DNA of 62,630 nt, counting the filler. It is 7 parts of 7 records of this genome, joined end to end, with 100 filler letters (N's around TTAATTAATTAA, not from the genome) between each part and the next. Parts side by side here need not be neighbours in the genome. Positions count along the whole stretch, not along the records: positions 1 to 7,913 come from SRR31156797_46750; positions 8,014 to 13,622 come from SRR31156797_46775; 5 more parts are not named here. The stretch is one strand, 5' to 3'. A model generated the notes under the pieces. That model ran no database searches. It was not told the origin of the DNA and saw only the letters and a program-made list of their open reading frames with translations. Positions 1-8,190 of the stretch are shown here, piece after piece (position 1 is the stretch's first letter; every line of letters begins with the position of its first letter). A program made the position numbers and the translations under genes.

Positions 1-1029
1 ATAGGTGGTCATGCTGTCCATGAGCATGGAGGAGAGCACGTCCCTGAGGGGTTCGTCATCCTCCACAAACACCTGGTAGGGTTCGGCCACGCCCGACACT
101 GGCCCTTCCTCAAATTTGACCAGGCGCGGGGTGACATACCCGATGGGCTTGTCGTCCTTGATCACGATGGCGGAGGCCCTGCTCTTTTCGGAAAAGAATT
201 TCACGGCTTCCTGGCAGGGGGTGTCGGCCCGGAGGATGTTTTTGGGGGTTTTGTTCATGGCGTCCCGGGCCCGGATCAGGCCCAGCACCTTGAGGGCCCG
301 GTCGGCCCCCACAAAATCGGAGACAAACTTATTTCTGGGCTGGGTGAGGATCATTTCCGGGGTGTCGTACTGGACCAGCTGTCCCGCCTGGAAGATGGCG
401 ATCCGGTCCGCCATTTTGATCGCTTCGTGGATGTCGTGGGAGACAAAGGCGATGGTCTTTTTCAGCCGGGCCTGGAGGCGCATGAATTCATCCTGGATCT
501 TGTCCCGGTTGATGGGGTCGATGGCCCCGAAGGGTTCATCCATGAGCAGGATCTTGGGGTCGGCCGCCAGGGCCCTGGCCACGCCGATGCGCTGCTGCTG
601 GCCGCCGGACAGCTCCACGGGGTAGCGGCTGCTGTACATGTCCGGGTCCAGCTTGACCAGCTCCAGAAGCTTTGCGACCCGTTCGTTGATTTTCTCCCGG
701 TCCCATTTCAGGACCCGGGGCACCATGGCGATGTTGTCAAAAATGGTTTTGTTGGGAAAGAGGCCGATCTGCTGGATCACATACCCCATGCTGCGCCGCA
801 GTTGGACCGGGTCGATCTCGCGGATGTTGCGGCCGCCCACCGAGATGGTGCCCCCGGTGACCGATTCCAGCTTGTTGGTCATCCGCAGCAGGGTGGTTTT
901 GCCGCATCCCGAAGGACCGAGGAAAACCACCACCTCGCCCTCGGCTATTTCAAAGCTGACATCATTGACAGCGGTGACGGCGGTTTCGCCATCGCCATAT
1001 ACTTTTTTTACATTTTGATATTCTATCAT
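1..1029 (-). CDS. Osmoprotectant (betaine/choline/proline) ABC transporter ATP-binding subunit, OpuCA/OsmV-like, 3'-truncated by the window edge
   Basis: Not in the ORF track because it has no stop. Manual translation from ATG 1029: MIEYQNVKKVYGDG...FLGPSGCGKTTLLRMTNKLE (Walker A), LSGGQQQRIGVARALAADP..LLMDEPFGAIDPINR, and a probable CBS-type tail. Confidence 0.9.
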   Translation of the reverse strand, partial: MIEYQNVKKVYGDGETAVTAVNDVSFEIAEGEVVVFLGPSGCGKTTLLRMTNKLESVTGGTISVGGRNIREIDPVQLRRSMGYVIQQIGLFPNKTIFDNIAMVPRVLKWDREKINERVAKLLELVKLDPDMYSSRYPVELSGGQQQRIGVARALAADPKILLMDEPFGAIDPINRDKIQDEFMRLQARLKKTIAFVSHDIHEAIKMADRIAIFQAGQLVQYDTPEMILTQPRNKFVSDFVGADRALKVLGLIRARDAMNKTPKNILRADTPCQEAVKFFSEKSRASAIVIKDDKPIGYVTPRLVKFEEGPVSGVAEPYQVFVEDDEPLRDVLSSMLMDSMTTY

Positions 1030-1232
1030 ATGGATTTGCTCAATACATTATAGCGTTCTAGCATTGTGAATGCTTATTTAAATGGTTCCTATGTGAAAAA
1101 AATGCTGATTTCAAAGGGTGTCAACATGATTGTCCCTGGTGAGCAATTGCCGGCGGGGACAAGTGATAATCAGATGTAATTCAGTAAAACCAAAACAACC
1201 AAACCTAAACATTTTAGGGTGAAAAAGTCAAA

Positions 1233-1258
1233 CTCAAAATATTTTGAGATCGAAATAT
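1233..1258. promoter_or_regulatory. Candidate MarR operator in a divergent intergenic region
   Basis: Perfect 16-bp palindrome CTCAAAATATTTTGAG (1233-1248) overlapping the near-palindrome ATATTTTGAGATCGAAATAT (1239-1258). Confidence 0.4.
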
Positions 1259-1421
1259 ATATTGTGAAATTATTTTTTTATGAACTTTATCTTCCATCCC
1301 CGCGCCTCTTTTTATTTGACAAGATCTCCCGGACATGACATTAGAATGGCAAGATCCTGCACTCCGCAGATCCAGATCTTGAGATTCGAAAACCAATGAA
1401 CAGGAGTTTGTAAAAGTTAGC

Positions 1422-1931
1422 ATGGCAGAACACGTTAGCATGCAGATCGTGATGAGACTGAGACAGATTGTCCAGGAGATGGCCAAGCATTCCAAGTATG
1501 TCCAGGATCAGTACGACATCACGGTCCCCCAGCTCATTTGCCTCAAGGAAGTTGCCAGCCATGGTCCCATTGCCATCGGGGTGTTGACCAAAATCGTATT
1601 CTTGAACAACAGTACGGTTACCGGCATCATCGATCGGCTTGAAAAGCGGGAGCTGGTTCGCCGTATTCGGGTCAGCAAGGACAGGCGCCAGGTCCATGTG
1701 GAGATCACGGATCAGGGCATGGAGTTCATCAAAAAGGCCCCCACCCCCATTCATCAGACCGTGATGGAAAAACTGGACGAAATCGATGAGAAGACCATTT
1801 CCATGATTCTCTGGTCCCTGGAGATGCTGGTGGATATTCTGGGGCAGACCGATCCGGCCGCAGAACCGCCCACGCCCCCTATCCATGTCTCCCAGGCCAA
1901 CGGCAAGATCTCAACCACTTCGGGGATTTGA
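1422..1931 (+). CDS. MarR-family regulator, EctR/CosR-like
   Basis: LRQIVQEMAKHSK..ITVPQLICL..STVTGIIDRLEKRELVRR..DRRQV..APTPIH resembles osmolyte-regulon MarR proteins; divergent from the osmoprotectant ABC gene. Confidence 0.85.
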   Translation: MAEHVSMQIVMRLRQIVQEMAKHSKYVQDQYDITVPQLICLKEVASHGPIAIGVLTKIVFLNNSTVTGIIDRLEKRELVRRIRVSKDRRQVHVEITDQGMEFIKKAPTPIHQTVMEKLDEIDEKTISMILWSLEMLVDILGQTDPAAEPPTPPIHVSQANGKISTTSGI

Positions 1932-1953
1932 TCCCATTCAATGGACGCGTTGA

Positions 1954-1983
1954 CTCATCCATGGGGGAAATTCCATGGATGAG
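1954..1983. terminator. Hairpin between convergent marR and glnA-like genes
   Basis: CTCATCCATGG-N8-CCATGGATGAG, 11-bp perfect stem. Confidence 0.6.
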
Positions 1984-1996
1984 CGTTTCCCGGGAA

Positions 1997-3322
1997 TTAG
2001 ATGGACAGATACTGCCGCTGCTCCCTGGCAGAGATATGAACCCTGTCATCTTCCCATTCCTGAATCTTCAGTGCCATGAAATTGTCATAGAGTTTTTCGC
2101 CCAGCACATCCTTCAAAAACGAACTGGTTTCCGCTTCCACCAGGGCTTCATAGAGGGTGCGGGGTAAAAACCGGTCGTCCCACACTTTCATTTTGTAATC
2201 CCGTTTATAGGTGCTGCCCGAGTCCGGTGTGGCGGGTGGCAGCTGCTCCCGGATGCCCTGGAGCCCCATGGCAATGAGGGTCGCCATCTGAAGATAGACA
2301 TTGCCCGCCGGATCGGGGTTGCGCAGCTCGATCCGGGTGGCCTGGGGACTGGTGGTGTAGGGCACCCGCACCATGGAGCTGCGGTTGCGAAACCCCCAGC
2401 CGCGAACGATGGGCGCTTCTTTTTCCACCACATAGGCTTTGTAGGAATTGACCGTGGACGCCATCACCACCGAGGTCTCCCTGGCATATTTCAAAATGCC
2501 GGCAATGAACTGGCGGGCCAGGTCGCTCAGGTTATGATCGGCATCGGCATCGTAAAAGATGTTGTTGCCGTCCTTGTCCTGGATGGACAGGTGCATGTGA
2601 AATGCGTTGCGGTTGTATTCCTTGAACGGTTTGGGCATGAAGCTGGCGTAATATCCGTTTTCCTGGGCAATCCGCTGGGCAATGTAGGTAAACAAAAGGG
2701 TTCGGTCGGCTGCATTGACAGGGTCGGTGCATTCAAGGTTGATTTCATGCTGTGAAGGTGTGACTTCATGGTGGGCTTTTTCATACACAATGCCGCACTG
2801 TCCAAGCACATCGGTGATCTGCTGGCGAATGACCTGCCCCCGGTCGTGGGGGGTGGAGTGAAAATACCCGGCCTTGTCCGAATGGACATCGGAGGGAAAC
2901 CCGTTTTTGGTTGTCAGGGCGAACTCATCCCCGTTCAGAATGAAAAATTCGTGCTCCGGTCCGACAAAGAAGCGGAAACCAAATTCCTCCCGGGCGGCCG
3001 TGACCATATCCTGGAGAATGTTCCGGGGATCCACCGCTGCGGGCGCGCCCTCTTCGTTGAGGACATTGGCGATGAAAAAACCCACGGTTTCATCGGAAAA
3101 GGGGATGTTGCGAAGGGTTTGGGGCTGGGGCATCAGGATTCGGTCGCTGTGCTCCACATTGGCAAAGCCGGCAATGGAGCTGCCGTCAAACCCGACGCCG
3201 TTGTCGAAAATATCTTTGATTTTGTGTTTGTTGACCGACAGGTTCATCAGCCGGCCGTTTAGATCAGTAAAAAATAGCTTGGTACAATCAACGTCTTTGA
3301 GGTGACTGTCTAAGTCGTCCAT
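1997..3322 (-). CDS. glnA: Glutamine synthetase type I family protein
   Basis: FDGSSIAGF, GPEHEFF, HHEVTPSQHEI, FMPKPF, EAP..WG.RNRSSMVRVP, RIELRNPDPAGNVYL. Start set to ATG 3322 after AGGAG. Confidence 0.85.
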   Translation of the reverse strand: MDDLDSHLKDVDCTKLFFTDLNGRLMNLSVNKHKIKDIFDNGVGFDGSSIAGFANVEHSDRILMPQPQTLRNIPFSDETVGFFIANVLNEEGAPAAVDPRNILQDMVTAAREEFGFRFFVGPEHEFFILNGDEFALTTKNGFPSDVHSDKAGYFHSTPHDRGQVIRQQITDVLGQCGIVYEKAHHEVTPSQHEINLECTDPVNAADRTLLFTYIAQRIAQENGYYASFMPKPFKEYNRNAFHMHLSIQDKDGNNIFYDADADHNLSDLARQFIAGILKYARETSVVMASTVNSYKAYVVEKEAPIVRGWGFRNRSSMVRVPYTTSPQATRIELRNPDPAGNVYLQMATLIAMGLQGIREQLPPATPDSGSTYKRDYKMKVWDDRFLPRTLYEALVEAETSSFLKDVLGEKLYDNFMALKIQEWEDDRVHISAREQRQYLSI

Positions 3323-3677
3323 GGTCTCCTTCCTGGGTTTTTTATCAAATGCGCCGTAACGTTCATTACTGCGCCCGTTGCCGAACAAAAACGTAATGAA
3401 CCTACCATGGAAATGTATTTGGTTCAATGGAATTTTTGAAAAAGAAAAATATGAAAATCCTAATCATATTAAGTCTTAATGCCGTTTTTGTGTTTGGTAA
3501 ATGCTTTGAGCCGTATGTATATAGGTGGGCGAAGGGATGCTTTGATGGGGCCGGGAAAAAGGTCCGCATCAAACGGGTTGATCTTGACAATTTGTTTGGC
3601 AGATGATTTGAACCTTTGGTGGTCTTGGGGGTGGGCGTTGTTTAAAAAAGGACAGCTTGCGACAGGGGAAAAACATT

Positions 3678-4145
3678 ATGATAGAGGCAATCACGGCTGA
3701 TCAACTGGGTGTAATCGCGCCGCTCTGGCGCCGGCTGAATGCCCTTCACCAGGAATTGGACCGGGTGTGCGGGGAACCGCCTCGAAAGACCACCTGGGAA
3801 CAGCGGCGCCTGGAGCTGCATGGGAAGGCCCAGGGCCGGAGCCTGGTGCAGATTGTACGATCCGGTGGGGAAATAGCGGGCTATTGTTTCTCCAGTATTG
3901 ACGGGGAAAACAGGGGGGAGATCGATTCCCTGTTTGTATCGCCTGAATGTCGGGGAAAAGGGTTCGGGAAACAGCTGGTTGAAAACGGTCTGAACTGGCT
4001 GGAAGCATCGGGGATTTCGGATATTGAGATCTGGGTGCATCCGGCAAATGTCAATGCCATCGCATTCTACTGGCGATTGGGATTCGCAACAGGCCCCATG
4101 ATGAAACGGGTGACCGGGAAGTCGTTGCAGGGCGGTCATCGGTGA
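3678..4145 (+). CDS. GNAT family N-acetyltransferase
   Basis: GEIDSLFVSPECRGKGFGKQL (acetyl-CoA motif A) and N..AIAFYWRLGF. Confidence 0.9.
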   Translation: MIEAITADQLGVIAPLWRRLNALHQELDRVCGEPPRKTTWEQRRLELHGKAQGRSLVQIVRSGGEIAGYCFSSIDGENRGEIDSLFVSPECRGKGFGKQLVENGLNWLEASGISDIEIWVHPANVNAIAFYWRLGFATGPMMKRVTGKSLQGGHR

Positions 4146-4264
4146 AGGCGGAAGCCTGTCGTCAGTCTGACCAATCCCCATGCTATTTTTTTGGGGGGCG
4201 CATCACGCCACCGGGAACTTTACCACCTTCCATTGACCCTTGGTCGGAATGAAAACATTTGTTC

Positions 4265-4292
4265 TTGACAATGTGGTTCGCATACGTAATAT
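4265..4292 (+). promoter_or_regulatory. Putative sigma70 promoter of the marR-dehydratase operon
   Basis: TTGACA-N16-TAATAT upstream of a GGAGG RBS. Confidence 0.45.
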
Positions 4293-4325
4293 TCGAATCA
4301 ATACTATGTCCCATGGGAGGATCTC

Positions 4326-4778
4326 ATGCTGTTTCGAGCGTTGGAGGATTGCCCATACTACCTTGTCTCCAGGGCCTATCTGGCCGTGACCTCTGCCCTG
4401 AAAAAGGGCATGGCGGCATCGGGTGTGCCCCATGTCAAGCCCGCCTACATTGGCGTGCTTTTCACCCTTTGGAGCGAAAAGGGCCTGCGGCCCAGTGAGC
4501 TCGGCAGAAAAGCGGGCCTTGAACCCTCGTCCATGACAGGGTTGCTGGATCGCATGGAGCGGGCCAATCTTGTGAAACGGACCCCGGACCCCCGGGACCG
4601 GCGGGCCAGCAGAATCGAACTCACCGCCGACGGCATCCACGCCCGGGAGCGGGTTCTCGAGGCGGTCACCCATATCCTCGACACCACCTTTGCCCATATC
4701 CCGGACAAGGATCTTCAAACTACCAAACGCGTGCTTCGCACCGTTCTTCTAAACTGCAGCAAGGAGGGGATGAAATGA
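4326..4778 (+). CDS. MarR-family transcriptional regulator
   Basis: SELGRKAGLEPSSMTGLLDRMERANLVKRTPDPRDRRASRIELT. Confidence 0.92.
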   Translation: MLFRALEDCPYYLVSRAYLAVTSALKKGMAASGVPHVKPAYIGVLFTLWSEKGLRPSELGRKAGLEPSSMTGLLDRMERANLVKRTPDPRDRRASRIELTADGIHARERVLEAVTHILDTTFAHIPDKDLQTTKRVLRTVLLNCSKEGMK

Positions 4779-5821
4779 AACACAAGCGCCTCGGGTTCAC
4801 CTGTGCCTATGCGCCGGTGCCCATCATCGAGGCGGCAGGATTCCAGGCGTTCCGGGTCCTGCCCCAGGGAGAATGCCCGGACCAGGCAGGCCAGCTTCTC
4901 CACGACAACCTCTGCCCCCATGTGAAACGGGTGCTTGACCGGGCCCTTGCCAGCGACTTGCCCGGGCTTGCGGGCATGGTTTTTGTCAACTCCTGCGACG
5001 CCATGCGCAGGGTCGCCGATGCCTGGCGGGCCGCACGGCCCCATGACAAGGTGATGGTCCTTGATCTGCCCTCCACCAATTCTTCTTCCAGTATCGCGTT
5101 CCTGGCTGCGGAATATGACCGCATGGCCAGGACCCTTTTCACGTGGAACAATCTGCCGTTTTCCCGGGCGCGGGTCCGGGTGCGGATCAAGGTGTGGAAC
5201 GCCCTTGGCCGAACCCTTGCCTTTCTTGGGACAAAGATGGGAGAGGCCTTTTATCCCGGGCTTGCCGCCGCTGTCCAGACGGCTGTCAACACGGCTGCCA
5301 CGGATTCCGTGGATGCCGCCCTTGCCATGGCCAACGGGATCGTGTCCAACGGGTGGACCGCCGCCCGGGGCCATGCGTCGGTGTCCCTGTTTGGGAATCT
5401 TTTGTTTGATCCCCAGGTGTTTGACCTGTTTGAAGCCTGGGGTATGCATGTGACAAACCTGGATTTCTGCACAGGGGCACGCTTTGTCTCTCCCGTGGAA
5501 CTCTCCTCGACGGCGGATCCCTTTGAGGCCCTGGCCAGTTCCTATATGACGGGGTCGCCCTGTGCCCGGACCATGGATACGACACGGCCCGGCGCCATCG
5601 CCCAAAGGATCGTTGAACGGGCTGCTGCGGGCAATGCCAGGGGCGTGATGGGATTTACCCTGAAGTTCTGCGATCCCTATCTTGCCAGGATTCCCGGGAT
5701 CCGGGAGGCCCTCCAGGGGGCCGGGCTGCCCTTTCTCATGTTGGAGGGGGACTGCACCATGGGCACCATCGGGCAGCAACAGACACGAATCGAAGCCTTT
5801 ACCGAAATGCTGGGGGTGTAA
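4775..5821 (+). CDS. 2-hydroxyacyl-CoA dehydratase / benzoyl-CoA reductase family subunit (HGD-D)
   Basis: GFTCAYAP, NLCPHVK, FVNSCDAMRR, KFCDPY, LEGD...GQQQTRIEAFTEML; ATGA-coupled to marR. Confidence 0.88.
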   Translation: MKHKRLGFTCAYAPVPIIEAAGFQAFRVLPQGECPDQAGQLLHDNLCPHVKRVLDRALASDLPGLAGMVFVNSCDAMRRVADAWRAARPHDKVMVLDLPSTNSSSSIAFLAAEYDRMARTLFTWNNLPFSRARVRVRIKVWNALGRTLAFLGTKMGEAFYPGLAAAVQTAVNTAATDSVDAALAMANGIVSNGWTAARGHASVSLFGNLLFDPQVFDLFEAWGMHVTNLDFCTGARFVSPVELSSTADPFEALASSYMTGSPCARTMDTTRPGAIAQRIVERAAAGNARGVMGFTLKFCDPYLARIPGIREALQGAGLPFLMLEGDCTMGTIGQQQTRIEAFTEMLGV

Positions 5822-5822
5822 G

Positions 5823-6875
5823 ATGATGCACGATCATTTCAGTTCCATCGTCGACGGGATCACGGCCAAACTCGAACAGGATCCCGGCGGCATCCATGCC
5901 CGGAAGCGCTACGCCCTGGCCGTTGCAAAGCTTGGACAGCGGCTCTATTCCGAGAACTCCTGCGCCTACCACCGGGCGGTCACCGGGGCCATGCTCAAAT
6001 CGGCCATGCCGGTGCCGGATTTCATCATCGGCACCAGCAGTCCCTGCACGGCAGGGCTTGCGGTGATGGAAAACATGGCCAAAGCCTATAACCGGGATCT
6101 GTTCGTGCTCAACGTTCCCCAGGAGGATTCCCCGGCCGCCGTGAGGTTTCTGGCCGGCCAGGTCGAGGAGATGGCCGGCTTTGTCACCGATCACATCGGC
6201 CAGGAGCTTTCCAGGAACCGCCTGGGAGAAGCCCTGGCCCTGACCAACGAGGCCACCGTGCTGATCCGGGAAATCTATGATCTTGCAAAGCAGAAGCCTT
6301 CGCCGGTGGATTCCCGGTTCTTAAGGGATTTCGGCGTGGTCATGGCGCTGTTCATGGGGACCCGGGAAGGGGTGGCGATCTGCCGGGCCTTCCGGGACGA
6401 GCTCCGCCACAGGATCGCCACGGGCGCCATGGATTCCTCAACGGAGCGGATGCGGCTCCTGTGGGTACAGAACAGGGTGCAGTATCCCTTCCCCATGGAG
6501 GCCATGCTGGCCGATTTCGGGGCCAAGATCGTGGCGGACGAGCTCAATGATGTCACCTGGGAGCCCATGGACCCGGATAATCCCTTTGATAGCATTGCCC
6601 GGCGGATCCTTTCCATTCCCTACAGCCGGAACGCCGCGTCCCGGGTCGCCCATCTTCAGGCCCTTGCCAGGGAGTACCGGATTGACGGGGCCGTCAACCC
6701 TTGCCATTGGGGGTGCCGCCAGGGAACCGGGGTGCGGGGGCTCATCTCCAACGGGCTCAGGGAGATCGGGGTGCCGGTGATGAACCTGGAGATCGATTGC
6801 ATTGATTCGCGCAATCTTGCCCAGGGGCAGATCCAGACCCGGATCGAGGCGTTCACGGAGATGATACAAGGTTAA
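5823..6875 (+). CDS. 2-hydroxyacyl-CoA dehydratase family subunit (second paralogue), possibly internally deleted
   Basis: SCAYHR, TSSPC, CHWGCRQ, LEIDCIDSRN..GQIQTRIEAFTEM. Start set to ATG 5823. Confidence 0.85.
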   Translation: MMHDHFSSIVDGITAKLEQDPGGIHARKRYALAVAKLGQRLYSENSCAYHRAVTGAMLKSAMPVPDFIIGTSSPCTAGLAVMENMAKAYNRDLFVLNVPQEDSPAAVRFLAGQVEEMAGFVTDHIGQELSRNRLGEALALTNEATVLIREIYDLAKQKPSPVDSRFLRDFGVVMALFMGTREGVAICRAFRDELRHRIATGAMDSSTERMRLLWVQNRVQYPFPMEAMLADFGAKIVADELNDVTWEPMDPDNPFDSIARRILSIPYSRNAASRVAHLQALAREYRIDGAVNPCHWGCRQGTGVRGLISNGLREIGVPVMNLEIDCIDSRNLAQGQIQTRIEAFTEMIQG

Positions 6876-7035
6876 GGAAGCATGGGCTGGGGCACTTCCC
6901 GGGACCTATCGGGATTTTTCGGGACACCGGGACACCGGCGCCATGTTGATGATATAAGGTTGAGACGCCATGGCCGGGGCATAGCCGGGGCGTGGCGGCA
7001 ATGATGGTTTTTTTATGAAAGAGGGAGACGAGCCA

Positions 7036-7824
7036 GTGTATTTTCTTGGAATAGATATCGGAAGCCTGTCCTGCGACGCGGTGCTCATTGATGAATCCAA
7101 AAACGTGGCGGCATCGTCGGTGGTGCCCACCGGGGTGAGAAACCTGGAAGCCATTGCCCGGGTCACCGCCGATGTGCTGGATCAATCCGGCATATCGGAG
7201 CAGGATATCGCCGCCACCATCTCCACGGGTTATGGCCGGACCCGGGTGGAAAACAGGGACGGGGCGGTCACCGAGATCACCTGCCATGCCCGGGGCATCC
7301 GGGAGGCGGTTCCCGGGACCCGCATTCTCATCGACATCGGCGGCCAGGACTCCAAGGCGATCCATATCGGTGAAAACGGCAATGTTCTGGATTTTGCCAT
7401 GAACGACAAGTGCGCGGCCGGCACGGGCCGGTTCCTGGAGGCCATGGCCAGGGCCCTGGAGGTGGATATCCTGGACCTGGGGGGCCTTGACAGGGGGGCT
7501 GAGAGCAATCTTGTCCTGAGCAGCATGTGCACGGTGTTTGCCGAGAGTGAGGTGGTGAGCCTCATTGCCAACGGCACCGAGCAGCGGGAGATCGCAAGGG
7601 GGATGAACCGGGCCATCGCGTCCAGGACCTTCTCCCTGGTCAAACGGGTGGCACAGAACATTGACGGCCTGACCGTGTCCATGTCCGGCGGAGTGGCATT
7701 GAACAGCGGGGTGGTCCGGGCCCTCCGGGAGAGCCTCAAGGTCGACACCATCCACATCCCGGACAAGCCCGACACCATGGGCGCCCTTGGTGCGGCCCTC
7801 ATCGCCCGGGAGAGACATGCATGA
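7036..7824 (+). CDS. CoA-substrate-specific enzyme activase (HgdC/BadG-like ASKHA ATPase, 4Fe-4S)
   Basis: LGIDIGS, STGYGR, TEITCHARG, DIGGQDSK, MNDKCAAGTGRFLE, CTVFAESEV, SGGVALN. Probable GTG start. Confidence 0.95.
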   Translation: MYFLGIDIGSLSCDAVLIDESKNVAASSVVPTGVRNLEAIARVTADVLDQSGISEQDIAATISTGYGRTRVENRDGAVTEITCHARGIREAVPGTRILIDIGGQDSKAIHIGENGNVLDFAMNDKCAAGTGRFLEAMARALEVDILDLGGLDRGAESNLVLSSMCTVFAESEVVSLIANGTEQREIARGMNRAIASRTFSLVKRVAQNIDGLTVSMSGGVALNSGVVRALRESLKVDTIHIPDKPDTMGALGAALIARERHA

Positions 7825-7832
7825 AAAAAGGG

Positions 7833-7866
7833 CACCGGGCGGTTTTTTTTCACAGGCCGCCCGGTG
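7833..7866. terminator. Hairpin after the activase gene
   Basis: CACCGGGCGG...CCGCCCGGTG inverted repeat between convergent gene ends. Confidence 0.5.
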
Positions 7867-7913
7867 TTTGGGGGAACGCTACATCAGGTCATACTTGAGG
7901 GTCAGGTAAAACG

Positions 7914-8013
7914 NNNNNNNNNNNNNNNNNNNNNNNNNNNNNNNNNNNNNNNNNNNNTTAATTAATTAANNNNNNNNNNNNNNNNNNNNNNNNNNNNNNN
8001 NNNNNNNNNNNNN
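7914..8013. other. Artificial contig spacer
   Basis: N run - TTAATTAATTAA - N run, 100 nt, stops in all six frames. Confidence 0.99.
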
Positions 8014-8035
8014 CGATTTAAAAAGCACAAAAACC

Positions 8036-8049
8036 TTGATCTGGATCAA
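8036..8049. promoter_or_regulatory. FNR/Crp-family (Dnr/HcpR-type) binding box
   Basis: TTGATCTGGATCAA, a perfect TTGAT-N4-ATCAA. Confidence 0.6.
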
Positions 8050-8167
8050 TTCACAAAGAAAAATATAGAAATTAATGAACGTCCGCTGGACAAAAGTTGT
8101 AATGGTGTATTGACTACTATCTAACACATTACAATTTAAAAATAAAATCGTTTGGTGAAAAAGCCCC

Positions 8168-8181
8168 TTGATATAGGTCAA
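8168..8181. promoter_or_regulatory. Second FNR-like box
   Basis: TTGATATAGGTCAA, one mismatch from consensus. Confidence 0.5.
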
Positions 8182-8190
8182 AGAGGGACA

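Noticed and set aside
116-1053. Plus-strand ORFs 116-625, 427-1053 and 638-1018
   Set aside because: Antisense shadows of the minus-strand ABC ATPase.
7879-7911. Possible beta-barrel C-terminus (FYLTLKYDLM*) on the minus strand at the contig end
   Set aside because: Only 10 codons; too short to support a call.
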